Virus record (IMG/VR): IMGVR_UViG_3300039008_000208 | Location: 1-64,000 of that record | Reading direction: 5' to 3' (one strand) | DNA length: 64,000 bases | Origin: a virus | Shown here: positions 47,292 to 56,489 of the stretch, in pieces | Layout of the letters: the number at the start of each line of letters is the position of its first letter | Position numbering within the stretch: position 1 is the stretch's first letter | The notes under the pieces: generated by a model | Databases searched by the model: none | The model's input: only the letters and a program-made list of their open reading frames with translations | What the model was told of the DNA's origin: nothing | Translations under genes and position numbers: made by a program

Positions 47292-48974
47292 ATGGGAAAC
47301 AGCAAGCTTAACAGGCTAGCAGGAAAAATAAAGGGTGGAGCAGGAGCTCTACTGTCGGTATTTCCTTCGTACTCTGGAGTGTCAGCGTATGATGCGAGAA
47401 ACGTGGATATTCCTTCTTCTGGCGGGGGGCTAATTGCCCCCCGTTTCTCCAGTGAATTTAATCAACTTAAATCATTGGATGGCGATGCCACGGGAGAATC
47501 TAAAAATATTCCCAAAATGCCTACAGAACGCCTTTCTAAGTATCCTTTTTTTCGCACAATGGCCTCTGATCCGACGATTGATAGCGCTATCAAGATGCAC
47601 TTATCTCATGCTTTTTCTTCAAATGAGGAAACTGGCGATATTGTCCGGTTTGAATCTGTAGCTGACGAGCACAATGAAATTGTCGAGGACTTACGCAATA
47701 CGTTCAAAGACATGATTAATGAAAATTTGCATAAATGGGCTTACCCTGCTGCTATTTTCGGTGTGAATTATGCTCGTATTTATGGCGAAAATAAAATTGG
47801 AATTACGCATATCCGCAATGATTACTATACAAATCCGGAATTCGTTAAGGAATTCGAGCAAGCAGGGAGGCTGGCTGGATTTACTTGCGGCTATAATGGT
47901 GGACATGATGAAGTGCGTCTTCTTGAACCGTGGAAAATGGCTGCATTTAAGACCCCATTTTATCATAACTCAAGTATGATCGAGCCAATGCGTGTTAGTG
48001 GGGCAGAAGTCAATCTTTACGACGATGATTTAAGCAAAGAATCGTTATCGGAAGCCGAAGATTACGGAACATCATTGATTGAAACAGCCTATGAAGCATG
48101 GTTTGACTTAAATGAGGCTATCTTGAGTCTCAATATGTCTCGTAAAAATGCCGCACGTCTTGATCGAATGGTGGGGGTGCAGATGGGACGGTTAAACCCT
48201 GCTCAAGCAGCCAGCTACCTGAATACTATTTCAAGGCAATTTAAAGGCTCTCAGCGGAAGCTAGCACGTAATACTCTTCGTAGAGATTCTGTATCAACGA
48301 TCAATAACATACTGCTCCCAATACAAGGTGAACATGGCGGCATTGACATAAACACCGTTGAAGGTACGCCAGATATCCAAGGCCTTGAAGACGTGTATTT
48401 CCATGTGAAGCGTCTGGGGTCTGCAATTGGTATTGATCCAGCTCTATTAGGATTTGGTGAGTTTCTTTCTGGAGGTCTTGGGGATGGCGGATTCTTCAGG
48501 GTTTCGATTCTTGCTGCGCAGAAGTCGCATATGCTTCGAAAAGCTGCAAAGCAGCTATTAGAGCGTATGTGTGAGATTCACGTTGCTTATAAGTATGGAA
48601 AATTCTTTCCTGCGGGTACGAAACCGTGGCGTATAGTCTTCGAAAGCGTGTCTACTGCTATGGAACAGGAAGCACAGACAAATCTCGAAACCAGAGTGAA
48701 TCTAGCTGTTGCAATGGCTACCTTAGTCCAAACATTAGACCCCGAAATGCGCGGACTAGATAAGCATAAGTTGGAAAACTATTTATTCACTAATCTCACT
48801 AAGATGGATGAAGAAACCTTTAAAGAAATTTTTCCAGAGAAACTTGCCAAGGAAGCGGCAAAAGCTGCTGAAGAAGGTGAGAATATGGATCAGGATGGTT
48901 TCTTTGAATCCGTTCAAAATGAACCTCAATTGCGACAATTTATCTATGAAGTTGTTGCAGACGTTATGAACTAG
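47292..48974 (+). CDS. portal (head-to-tail connector) protein
   Basis: ATG 47292 follows the upstream stop. ERLSKYPFFRTMASDPTIDSAIKMHLSHA resembles the conserved connector N-terminal motif (RY..y..M...PeI..AL.iya). Confidence 0.55.
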   Translation: MGNSKLNRLAGKIKGGAGALLSVFPSYSGVSAYDARNVDIPSSGGGLIAPRFSSEFNQLKSLDGDATGESKNIPKMPTERLSKYPFFRTMASDPTIDSAIKMHLSHAFSSNEETGDIVRFESVADEHNEIVEDLRNTFKDMINENLHKWAYPAAIFGVNYARIYGENKIGITHIRNDYYTNPEFVKEFEQAGRLAGFTCGYNGGHDEVRLLEPWKMAAFKTPFYHNSSMIEPMRVSGAEVNLYDDDLSKESLSEAEDYGTSLIETAYEAWFDLNEAILSLNMSRKNAARLDRMVGVQMGRLNPAQAASYLNTISRQFKGSQRKLARNTLRRDSVSTINNILLPIQGEHGGIDINTVEGTPDIQGLEDVYFHVKRLGSAIGIDPALLGFGEFLSGGLGDGGFFRVSILAAQKSHMLRKAAKQLLERMCEIHVAYKYGKFFPAGTKPWRIVFESVSTAMEQEAQTNLETRVNLAVAMATLVQTLDPEMRGLDKHKLENYLFTNLTKMDEETFKEIFPEKLAKEAAKAAEEGENMDQDGFFESVQNEPQLRQFIYEVVADVMN

Positions 48975-48987
48975 AAAGGACAATGCT

Positions 48988-50031
48988 ATGGGCAAAAAGG
49001 TTCTCGATACAATTACAGCAGAATTTAACATGCTAACTGAAGGGCGTCAGTACAGCGGTAATCATCGGTCTTATCTTGTTGATAACGCGATGAAGGTCGT
49101 TGACTCTGAAGCTACAAAAGAACGTATCGCCATTCGTGAAGCGTTTGGTTATTACGGGCATGGTTTTCGAAAGCTTGCAAAAAAAATGAATCTTGAAGAG
49201 ATAGAGCCGGTACGTTTGCCCAATGGCCAGACAACTGTGATTCACGCAGTTCCTTCCAACCTTACTACTGGCTTAACGGTTTCGAAAGATGGGGTTGTGA
49301 AGCATTCTCAGGACATTCTTGATACAGATTCAGGGCAGCTTGTCTCCAGACTCAATGGTAGTCATGTTGGCGGCTTTTCATGGGCTTGTTCCGGAGTAGA
49401 TCGCCAGCGGAGAGGCATCTCTATCATGACAGGGTTTAGCGGAATGGACTACGTGCTTCAGCCAAACTTTACGGCAAACCGTGGGTACATTCTGGAGTCA
49501 GTTAGTAATGAAGACTTCATATTAGAGTCAGTTTCGAAGGTGGTTGGCGATGATAAGGTTGCCGAACAGCTTGTAAGCTTATGGCAGATGGATGCTGTAT
49601 ATGAAGCAGAGCAGCTTCGTTCGCAAATTGAAGATGCTACGGCTATTGAAGTCGAGCTCACCAACCGCTTGCACGAGAAAGACGCCGCTCTTGAATCCAA
49701 AACTACAGAATTTGATGATCTCTCTGAGCAAATGAAGGCAGCCGTTGCTTCGCAGGAGGCAGAGCGTGAATATCGAAATCAACTTGTTGAATTTATCAGC
49801 GAAAAGGCACCGTTTTTCATTCCAGAAAATATTAAACATGCCATGCTGGAAAACGACTTCACAAAGGCAACAGGATTGTTTGAAAGCGCACAGCAGTTTC
49901 ACTTTGAATCTCTCCCGCTGTCAGCATCAAACCATAGCAAAGGTACGGTGATTGACACTGGTAGAATGGCAGCCTTCCAAGAGCCAGAGGCTGATTCTGT
50001 GGATGCTATTTTTGCTGTCCCACCTCTTTAA
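48988..50031 (+). CDS. scaffolding or prohead-protease-like protein
   Basis: 347 aa directly after the portal gene, with a C-terminal coiled coil and an acidic tail. Confidence 0.35.
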   Translation: MGKKVLDTITAEFNMLTEGRQYSGNHRSYLVDNAMKVVDSEATKERIAIREAFGYYGHGFRKLAKKMNLEEIEPVRLPNGQTTVIHAVPSNLTTGLTVSKDGVVKHSQDILDTDSGQLVSRLNGSHVGGFSWACSGVDRQRRGISIMTGFSGMDYVLQPNFTANRGYILESVSNEDFILESVSKVVGDDKVAEQLVSLWQMDAVYEAEQLRSQIEDATAIEVELTNRLHEKDAALESKTTEFDDLSEQMKAAVASQEAEREYRNQLVEFISEKAPFFIPENIKHAMLENDFTKATGLFESAQQFHFESLPLSASNHSKGTVIDTGRMAAFQEPEADSVDAIFAVPPL

Positions 50032-50042
50032 GTAAAGTGCAA

Positions 50043-50143
50043 ATGAATAAAATTTAAATAAGCTTTATTCATAGTGAAGCTATTGTTTCATGAGGCTTTT
50101 AGGTGAATAAAGTTTATTTAAATAAAGCTCATATGAATAAAGC
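50043..50143. repeat. cluster of TGAATAAA(G) repeats
   Basis: Copies at 50044, 50064 (inverted), 50104 and 50134, plus a partial copy at 50119. The first pair forms the 9-bp inverted repeat ATGAATAAA/TTTATTCAT. Confidence 0.6.
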
Positions 50144-50148
50144 GCTGA

Positions 50149-50196
50149 ATCTCCATTCTCTTAATTAAACAAGAGAATGGAGATTTTTATTTTTTC
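50149..50196 (+). terminator. strong Rho-independent terminator after the portal operon
   Basis: atctccattctctt-aattaaac-aagagaatggagat followed by a T-rich run. Confidence 0.85.
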
Positions 50197-50341
50197 CACC
50201 ATAGTCGGTTGGATATTCTTCCTACTATTCTACCTATGCAGATATTCCATAGACGTCGAAATATTGGCATGACAGAACCCTCTTGGAAGCACCTTTTTAT
50301 AGCAATTAAGTTACGTTGTTGTCGGGCAAGTTTGTAAAGCA

Positions 50342-50557
50342 TTATTCACTTCCTGCTGCTGGTTCAAAAAGTTCACATGAATCGTAAGGATCAGGATCAT
50401 CTTGAACGCAACATGCGCCATTTTCATCATAACCCATCGCATCATCGTCATGCCCTTTTTCCCAAAAGATGCAGGTTTCGTCTGTATCGCAATTAGCACA
50501 TTTCATATTCGATCTTCCGTTAGTTATGTTTTCCAACGTTGAGCCATTTTCAAACAA
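50342..50557 (-). CDS. small acidic Cys-rich protein
   Basis: 71-aa ORF, last in the leftward operon. Confidence 0.35.
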   Translation of the reverse strand: MFENGSTLENITNGRSNMKCANCDTDETCIFWEKGHDDDAMGYDENGACCVQDDPDPYDSCELFEPAAGSE

Positions 50558-51138
50558 GCTTTGCAGGTTACTTTTGCATCGTAGAGGTTGCCGTTACCAT
50601 CATAGCATCGCAAATGCGAATTATCCGACCATTGTTTCCCTTTATTGCGGGAACACAAAAACTCTCCAGCTTCGCGGGAAAGACGGCCTTCGGCAAGAGG
50701 TTCAAGCAACTCTATGTGTCCTACCGTTGACTTATTTATCCCGTTGCCAGCAGAAGTTGGAGAAAGTCCAGAGAGTACATCTTTCATTCCTGTACGCCAC
50801 TTTACAGGAACATTAAGACAAGCATTAAATGCCTCGGATTCTTCGCGACAAATATTTAATCTTTCTTCATCGCGTAATTTTTCTTGTCTTCGTTTCTCTT
50901 CCCGCTCTTTTGCTGCTTCTGCAAGCTCGCAATAGAACCAACGAGATAGCCAGACGCGCACTTTTTTCCCAACTGGCAAGTCGGGCTGCTCAAGACCACT
51001 TCCTAGAGTGAGCACGACTCCATCGTTAACAGTAATACTGCGTGGCGTAGTGACCATTACAATTTGTGTCTCGAAAGAATGCAAGAAGCGCGGTGGCAAC
51101 AGACCGGTAGATGTTAGCTTGTAGACATGATGATTCAT
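50524..51138 (-). CDS. hypothetical protein
   Basis: 204 aa with AAGGA upstream of the ATG. Confidence 0.45.
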   Translation of the reverse strand: MNHHVYKLTSTGLLPPRFLHSFETQIVMVTTPRSITVNDGVVLTLGSGLEQPDLPVGKKVRVWLSRWFYCELAEAAKEREEKRRQEKLRDEERLNICREESEAFNACLNVPVKWRTGMKDVLSGLSPTSAGNGINKSTVGHIELLEPLAEGRLSREAGEFLCSRNKGKQWSDNSHLRCYDGNGNLYDAKVTCKACLKMAQRWKT

Positions 51139-51274
51139 GTTGAATCCTTATGCTCCAGCTTACTCCCTTTACGGGTGCTCCCCATTGGAGCACCTCAAGC
51201 GAGTGATAAACAAACGGAATGAAAGCATCCGTAAAGAGAGTAAGCCATTTCGTTCAAGAAGGGAGTGCGTTACA

Positions 51275-52066
51275 CTAGTTGTTTTCCATACCACATCGCG
51301 AGCAAATGAAGCGGTCATTTCCATCATCATCCGTGTCGCGGATTAAACGAGCAGAACAGGCTTCACAGAACATAGAGTCTTCAAAAATAAGCTTGGCTTC
51401 GCAGGTAGGGAAGTTGTTACGTTCATCCATTACGGTCTGACTTATTGAAGAAAGAATTTCTTCAGGAACAGGTTCGTAAAGAGTGTCAAGCTTAGCGTGA
51501 ATGAGAGCTTTTTCGGCTTCAGAAAAACTACTCCATTCAATTTCGAAATAGTCTTCCCAAGCAATAGTATCATCAGAATTTACGGGACAACCAAACACTA
51601 CATTTTCGTCATGGAAAAAGTAAGCAGTACCCATTTCCTCGATCACTACTGCCTTTGACCAGTTACGAACTTCGTAGCTCTGGTAGTCAACTTTGTCAGC
51701 TTCAGCGTCATACTGAAAAACTACGGTAAGCTGCCTGAAAGGAACTTCCAGATAAGCAACGCCTTTTTGGGCGTCCGGTGATGGGGTGCAGTCGTGAATT
51801 TCGCAGCAATCGTGAGAATAACAAGGCTCAAGTCCTTCTTTTTCAATTGTAGCAAGCTCATCATTCAGGATGTGTTTGTAGAAATTTTCGGTTGGTTCGT
51901 TATTAAACTCATCCCGTGGAACAACAATGGAAGCTTCATAAGAAGGTGAGGAGGTAAGAGGAGGGAAATCAATACTTACAGAATAAGGCTTGTTATTAAG
52001 GGTATTGATTTTAAGTTCCAGACCAAGCTCTTTGGCTTTCGCAATCATTTTTTGGCGGTATGTCAT
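51275..52066 (-). CDS. hypothetical protein with C-terminal zinc ribbon
   Basis: 263 aa ending in CEAC...CSRCG. Confidence 0.45.
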   Translation of the reverse strand: MTYRQKMIAKAKELGLELKINTLNNKPYSVSIDFPPLTSSPSYEASIVVPRDEFNNEPTENFYKHILNDELATIEKEGLEPCYSHDCCEIHDCTPSPDAQKGVAYLEVPFRQLTVVFQYDAEADKVDYQSYEVRNWSKAVVIEEMGTAYFFHDENVVFGCPVNSDDTIAWEDYFEIEWSSFSEAEKALIHAKLDTLYEPVPEEILSSISQTVMDERNNFPTCEAKLIFEDSMFCEACSARLIRDTDDDGNDRFICSRCGMENN

Positions 52067-52142
52067 TTTTAAGCTCCGTTTTGAGGTCGTTAAATCACTC
52101 GTTTAAGCAGCCTACCGGAGTAGGCCGCTTCGTACCAATGAA

Positions 52143-52658
52143 TTAATTACCAAACATTTCTTTGTATTTTTTCTCAGGAGTGAACTTCCCGTCAACATAA
52201 ATACGGGAAGGGAACTGGTTAAACAAGGTGCCTTTCGTAGAGCATTTGAGAATCACATCTTGGGTAATAGAGATGTCATGCCCTGCGCGTTTACCATGAA
52301 TTGTAAAGCGTAATCCGTCTAAATATTCAACTTGAACACTCTCTATTTCTTCAAGTTTTGATTTAAGCTTACCTTTCCATTTGGATACAGTCGCATCTGC
52401 ATACTCAACTGCTTTTCTATCTATCGACGATTGGTCTAAGTACTTTTCAGCATTCGTTCGGTTAGTTTTACCTCTGAAAAGGCCATGCATGATGCCGCCC
52501 ATTCCAAAAGAACGAGCAAAGCGGCGGTCATTGTAAACTCCTTTCAAAGTGAGTCCGTGTTGCTTAATAGCATTGTTCCAAATCGTTTTAACCATATCTT
52601 TAAACCGAGCTTCTAAAGTCGGCCTAAAAGATTCGAGAGCTTTTTCTAAAGATTCCAT
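52143..52658 (-). CDS. hypothetical protein
   Basis: The likely start is MESLEK (ATG 52658), with GGAG 7 nt upstream. Confidence 0.4.
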   Translation of the reverse strand: MESLEKALESFRPTLEARFKDMVKTIWNNAIKQHGLTLKGVYNDRRFARSFGMGGIMHGLFRGKTNRTNAEKYLDQSSIDRKAVEYADATVSKWKGKLKSKLEEIESVQVEYLDGLRFTIHGKRAGHDISITQDVILKCSTKGTLFNQFPSRIYVDGKFTPEKKYKEMFGN

Positions 52659-52729
52659 ACTATCTCCGCTTGTTAAGGTTGAATCACTCGCTGACACCCA
52701 CCACCAATGTGATGGGTGCGGACTAGAGA

Positions 52730-52882
52730 TTAAACTTCAGCGACTTCCCAAGCTCCACAAACGTTATCTGCAAAATTCGGAAGTTCGGCTTTAACTTCTG
52801 GTGCAGATGGCTTTGTCATACGGCAAATGAACTTCACCGTCCCATTGTCGGTTACGAATTTACAAATAAACTGTTTTGGCAT
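52730..52882 (-). CDS. small ORF (50 aa), first gene of the leftward operon
   Basis: Absent from the ORF track because it is under 60 aa. It reads MPKQFICKFVTDNGTVKFICRM... and has GGAG 8 nt upstream. Confidence 0.4.
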   Translation of the reverse strand: MPKQFICKFVTDNGTVKFICRMTKPSAPEVKAELPNFADNVCGAWEVAEV

Positions 52883-52924
52883 TTTCAAACTCCGTTTTTT
52901 ATGACCATCCCCTGTCTGTTTTTA

Positions 52925-52980
52925 TGACTATGTAATAAATGTGCTCAAGTCAACATATTGTGATTATTTTTTATTACTAA
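52925..52980 (-). promoter_or_regulatory. leftward promoter with an operator half-site
   Basis: TTGACT (52948-52953), 17-nt spacer, weak TAGTCA. TATTACTAA at 52972-52980. Confidence 0.4.
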
Positions 52981-53073
52981 CGACAATAGTTGTGAATATT
53001 TACCTCTTAATAAGTTGTTTTATATACAAAAAAAAGCCCCAGTCTGATTTTTTCACAGCAGGGCTCTTTAAGC

Positions 53074-53094
53074 CAACTGACTATCAATCAGTTG
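53074..53094. other. candidate recombination core (7-bp inverted repeat, 7-bp spacer)
   Basis: caactga-ctatcaa-tcagttg, 36 nt from the recombinase stop codon. Confidence 0.3.
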
Positions 53095-53129
53095 ACCAGT
53101 GTTGATTTTATTGGATTTTTTAGATTTTG

Positions 53130-54107
53130 TTACGCGAATGTTACTCTTTCCGATTCTTCAAGCAACATATCGCCGTCTATATGCGCGTAAATTTCTGTTG
53201 TGGAGTAATGTTCATGTCCGAGCAAATCTTGCAATACACGCAGATTTCCGCCAGCCATAACAAAGAAGGATGCAAACGAATGACGTAGATCGTGAAGGTG
53301 CATATCATCACGACCTATCGCAACAAGCGCCTTTTTGATCCTTTTGCTGACGGTGTCGGGGTGAAGGCGTGAGAATACATATTCTCTATTTCGTGGAAGT
53401 TCCTCAAGGACAGAACGAAAAGTTTTGTTGATCGGGTAAAAACGACTAACGCGAGATTTCGATTTTAAGACAAGATATTTCCCTTTCCCAAGGTCAACAT
53501 CGCGCCATTTCAATTCTAACAACTCGTTCCTTCGGCGTCCTGTGCTCAAGTATGCCAAACACAACAAACGCATTTCTCCCTCAAGTTCTTCCAGTAACTT
53601 CTGAGCTTCATTCTTGGATAGATAACGAGGTGGCTGCTGTTCTTTCGGGAGTTGCCGAGCAGTTCTGAATGGATTCTCAATACTATACCATTCGCTAGCT
53701 TTGTTAAATATACTGCGAATGTGGCGTATGTAGTTATTGATAGAACTGACTTTTAAACCACGGTTTTTACATGCAGCCACCATCGCATCTAAATGCCTCG
53801 TCGTTACGTCAGAGACAAGTATATCGCCGGAACTGGACATAAGGTTTTCAAGTGCAAGCCTGTTCGCAGCAAATGTTTTCGCTGCCTGTACACTTTCTGC
53901 CCAAGCTAAATACTCTTTCTCAAAATCTTTGAGCTTTGTTTGAGATGGAGTATACGACTCAGCATTTAAGACCTGTTGGCATGTTTCAATATATTTTTGC
54001 ATTGCCTCTTTATAGGATGTTGTTCGCAACGAACGTCTTTTTTTCCCGACCTCAATATAATAGCTTGGCCTGTTCGGTAACTTGAACGGCTTGCGTACAT
54101 GCAACAT
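53130..54107 (-). CDS. tyrosine recombinase (integrase or plasmid dimer resolvase)
   Basis: STGRRRNELLELKWRDVD and HLHDLRHSFASFFVMAGGNLRVLQDLLGHEHYSTTEIYAHI give the R..HxxR..Y catalytic pattern. The start at MLHVRK has GGGAGAG upstream. Confidence 0.8.
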   Translation of the reverse strand: MLHVRKPFKLPNRPSYYIEVGKKRRSLRTTSYKEAMQKYIETCQQVLNAESYTPSQTKLKDFEKEYLAWAESVQAAKTFAANRLALENLMSSSGDILVSDVTTRHLDAMVAACKNRGLKVSSINNYIRHIRSIFNKASEWYSIENPFRTARQLPKEQQPPRYLSKNEAQKLLEELEGEMRLLCLAYLSTGRRRNELLELKWRDVDLGKGKYLVLKSKSRVSRFYPINKTFRSVLEELPRNREYVFSRLHPDTVSKRIKKALVAIGRDDMHLHDLRHSFASFFVMAGGNLRVLQDLLGHEHYSTTEIYAHIDGDMLLEESERVTFA

Positions 54108-54150
54108 GCATAGCTCTCCCATAAGAATAAAACATTTTCACAACATCATT

Positions 54151-54180
54151 CTTATAGCATACTGGGGAGAGGTTTATCAA
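54151..54180 (-). promoter_or_regulatory. candidate recombinase promoter
   Basis: On the minus strand: TTGATA, 18-nt spacer, TATAAG. Confidence 0.35.
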
Positions 54181-54220
54181 TTTTTCCAATCTGTTGATTC
54201 TGTTCTAAACAGAGCTATAT

Positions 54221-54254
54221 AAAAACCCCTACTGCGAACATTCGTAGTAGGGGG
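54221..54254 (-). terminator. Rho-independent terminator (minus strand) upstream of the recombinase gene
   Basis: Stem cccctactgcg / cgtagtagggg. The minus-strand transcript ends in UUUUU. Confidence 0.65.
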
Positions 54255-54261
54255 TAATTAT

Positions 54262-55092
54262 CTAAGCAGCGACTTTAGCTTCTCCTAGTTTCCCGATCCA
54301 ATAGGGAATTGTTGGGCATTCAGAAACAAGTTTTGCTACAGTCACTTCCTTTTCAAACTTATACCCCAGAGCAAGCCCTGAGATGTCGGCTGATTTAAGG
54401 ATCAGCCCAGTTTCTTTTTTAGTGCACTCTTTAACTTCGGCACGACTTCGGGCTGCAACGAGGAAAGAATCTCTGACTAAATAAACAGTCGGTTGAGTCA
54501 TGTCTTTCTGCTCAATCCACTCTTCATTCCAGATATATCGCATCAGCCCATCAATGACTTTGTCAATATCTGCTTCAAAGCGTTCTTTAATTGGCTCATA
54601 CTCTTTCATAGAGTCATTTAACATTTCATCGAGCTTAAGCCACGGCTCTTGATGCCGCTCTGGAACACGCTCTTGCATTTCATAGATCAATTGCAGGACG
54701 GCAGAAATAAACACTAACAAATGCACTGCATCTCTTCCTGCCAGTCTATTTAGCTCAAGGTCGAAATGATAGTAGACCGTAATTAAATACTCATATGGAA
54801 TAAGTGAAGAGATTTGATCCTTTTCGATGAGTGCAAATTGCTGCCGCATATTCGCGCAAAGCTCCGCATACTTCCCATCGGTTTGATTCGCAGTACTCTT
54901 CTCGATTCTTTGAAGAAACCTATAGAGGCAAAGGCGCTCGCGCATTACGCTTGCAAGCTCAGCATTATCTTTAGCCCAAGCAAGTCCAAGTCTTATCATT
55001 TTGGGACTAGGGCGAAGGCCAAAATTGGGAACACCACGTTTTTGTTTAGTGTTCTTTCTGTTTTTCTTTACACGCTTTTTAGACACTGCCAT
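54262..55092 (-). CDS. hypothetical protein with a basic N-terminus
   Basis: The likely start is MAVSKKRVKK (ATG 55092), with GAGG upstream. Confidence 0.4.
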   Translation of the reverse strand: MAVSKKRVKKNRKNTKQKRGVPNFGLRPSPKMIRLGLAWAKDNAELASVMRERLCLYRFLQRIEKSTANQTDGKYAELCANMRQQFALIEKDQISSLIPYEYLITVYYHFDLELNRLAGRDAVHLLVFISAVLQLIYEMQERVPERHQEPWLKLDEMLNDSMKEYEPIKERFEADIDKVIDGLMRYIWNEEWIEQKDMTQPTVYLVRDSFLVAARSRAEVKECTKKETGLILKSADISGLALGYKFEKEVTVAKLVSECPTIPYWIGKLGEAKVAA

Positions 55093-55993
55093 TACGAACC
55101 TCTGGATACTGAAGCCACTTTTTGCCATCAAGTTCAGGCTCTTTAATGAGCTTGCCTGTTCCATCTGGAAGTTGTTTTAAGAAAAACGGGACACCAGCCT
55201 CGCTGCACTGATCGCGAAGGTTACGTACTGCATCAAAATCAGGACTGCGCCCCGCTTTATTGCCAAGCGATTCTGTGCCGCAGATTACCCAATCAAGAGC
55301 ACGCCACGGTGGTGCTTCATCGCTTCCATGATGTGAGATAAGCGAATTCAAGCTGAAACCATTATCACAACAAATACTCGACAGGCTTATCCAGCCCAAC
55401 ATCGGTTCTATGCTGACAAAATGCTTTGCCGCTGGAGTCTCCAACAGGTAGGGAATGCGCTCATTAGCCCACGCCTGATTTTCAATGGTCACGCCACACC
55501 AGATGTTTTCCAGTGGTCGCTCAATCTTGGTGTATGCCTTCTGCAGTTCCCGTGCTGGTAGTGCGCCCTGCAATCGACGCTTCCAGCCAACGCTAGTCAA
55601 CGTATTCATAAACTGCATCATGCGCTCTGCACGTTTAGTCAGCACGAGAAACGTATGTTGAGGTGCCAGCCCCATGTACGCGAAGATCATGTACAGTGCT
55701 TCGTCTGGCACGTTTTCATGAAAAGTATCTGACATGGAGTTCACGAAGATCATGCGAGGTTTCTTCCAAGAAAGAACTTGCTCCATACGCTGAGGAAAAA
55801 CATTAACAACGCCTGTCCATTCACCATTTGGCTTGATGGTGTCTTGTGTTAGATGTTGTGTCTGCGGATTCGCAGCAAGTCTGCGGGTCATACGTTCAGC
55901 ATAGCAATTCTCACAGGCCGCACTTACTTTAGTACAACCGTAATGAGTATTGATTGTGGCCTCTGCCCAGGGAATTCCTGTTTTATTGCTCAT
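55079..55993 (-). CDS. phage Gp37/Gp68 family (DUF5131) protein
   Basis: TGIPWAEATINTHYGCTKVSAACENCYAERMTRRL matches the family N-terminus. Confidence 0.65.
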   Translation of the reverse strand: MSNKTGIPWAEATINTHYGCTKVSAACENCYAERMTRRLAANPQTQHLTQDTIKPNGEWTGVVNVFPQRMEQVLSWKKPRMIFVNSMSDTFHENVPDEALYMIFAYMGLAPQHTFLVLTKRAERMMQFMNTLTSVGWKRRLQGALPARELQKAYTKIERPLENIWCGVTIENQAWANERIPYLLETPAAKHFVSIEPMLGWISLSSICCDNGFSLNSLISHHGSDEAPPWRALDWVICGTESLGNKAGRSPDFDAVRNLRDQCSEAGVPFFLKQLPDGTGKLIKEPELDGKKWLQYPEVRNGSV

Positions 55994-56489
55994 GTTTTAC
56001 CCTCTCAACCCAAGTTTTAATTGGAAATACTTCCCCATCACCACCAAATCCAGTTTGCTCAAGCCGGTTACAGATAGCTTGCGCCATTTCTTCTGATTTG
56101 TGTGTATCGGTGGAGACGTTCGGCACTCGTCCTAACTTTATGCAATCAGGCCATTCCGCATTTGAAGAAAACTGCGTAGTTGCTTTTTTATTAAAAGCAT
56201 CCAGCGTCCAATCGCCTTCGTATGGTTCAATGACATAGCTATTGCCATCGCCACAACACCACATAGACGGCTTGCCTTCTACCCATTCCATCTCGTGTGG
56301 ACGGATGCCGAGTAGCTTACCGTTGGTAGCCTCGACGCTAACCGCGCCATACTGATTCATATAGGCTTTATGGACTCCGGCAGGAGCAACAGTTCCGGCA
56401 AACGCCCAGTCACCACGGACATCGTGCAGGAGGCGAACGGTTGGAGTCTCACCTTTGGGAGTTGTTTGAGTCCTACGCATTCCAGTCAT
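55983..56489 (-). CDS. hypothetical protein
   Basis: 168-aa ORF in the operon. Confidence 0.4.
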   Translation of the reverse strand: MTGMRRTQTTPKGETPTVRLLHDVRGDWAFAGTVAPAGVHKAYMNQYGAVSVEATNGKLLGIRPHEMEWVEGKPSMWCCGDGNSYVIEPYEGDWTLDAFNKKATTQFSSNAEWPDCIKLGRVPNVSTDTHKSEEMAQAICNRLEQTGFGGDGEVFPIKTWVERVKHEQ

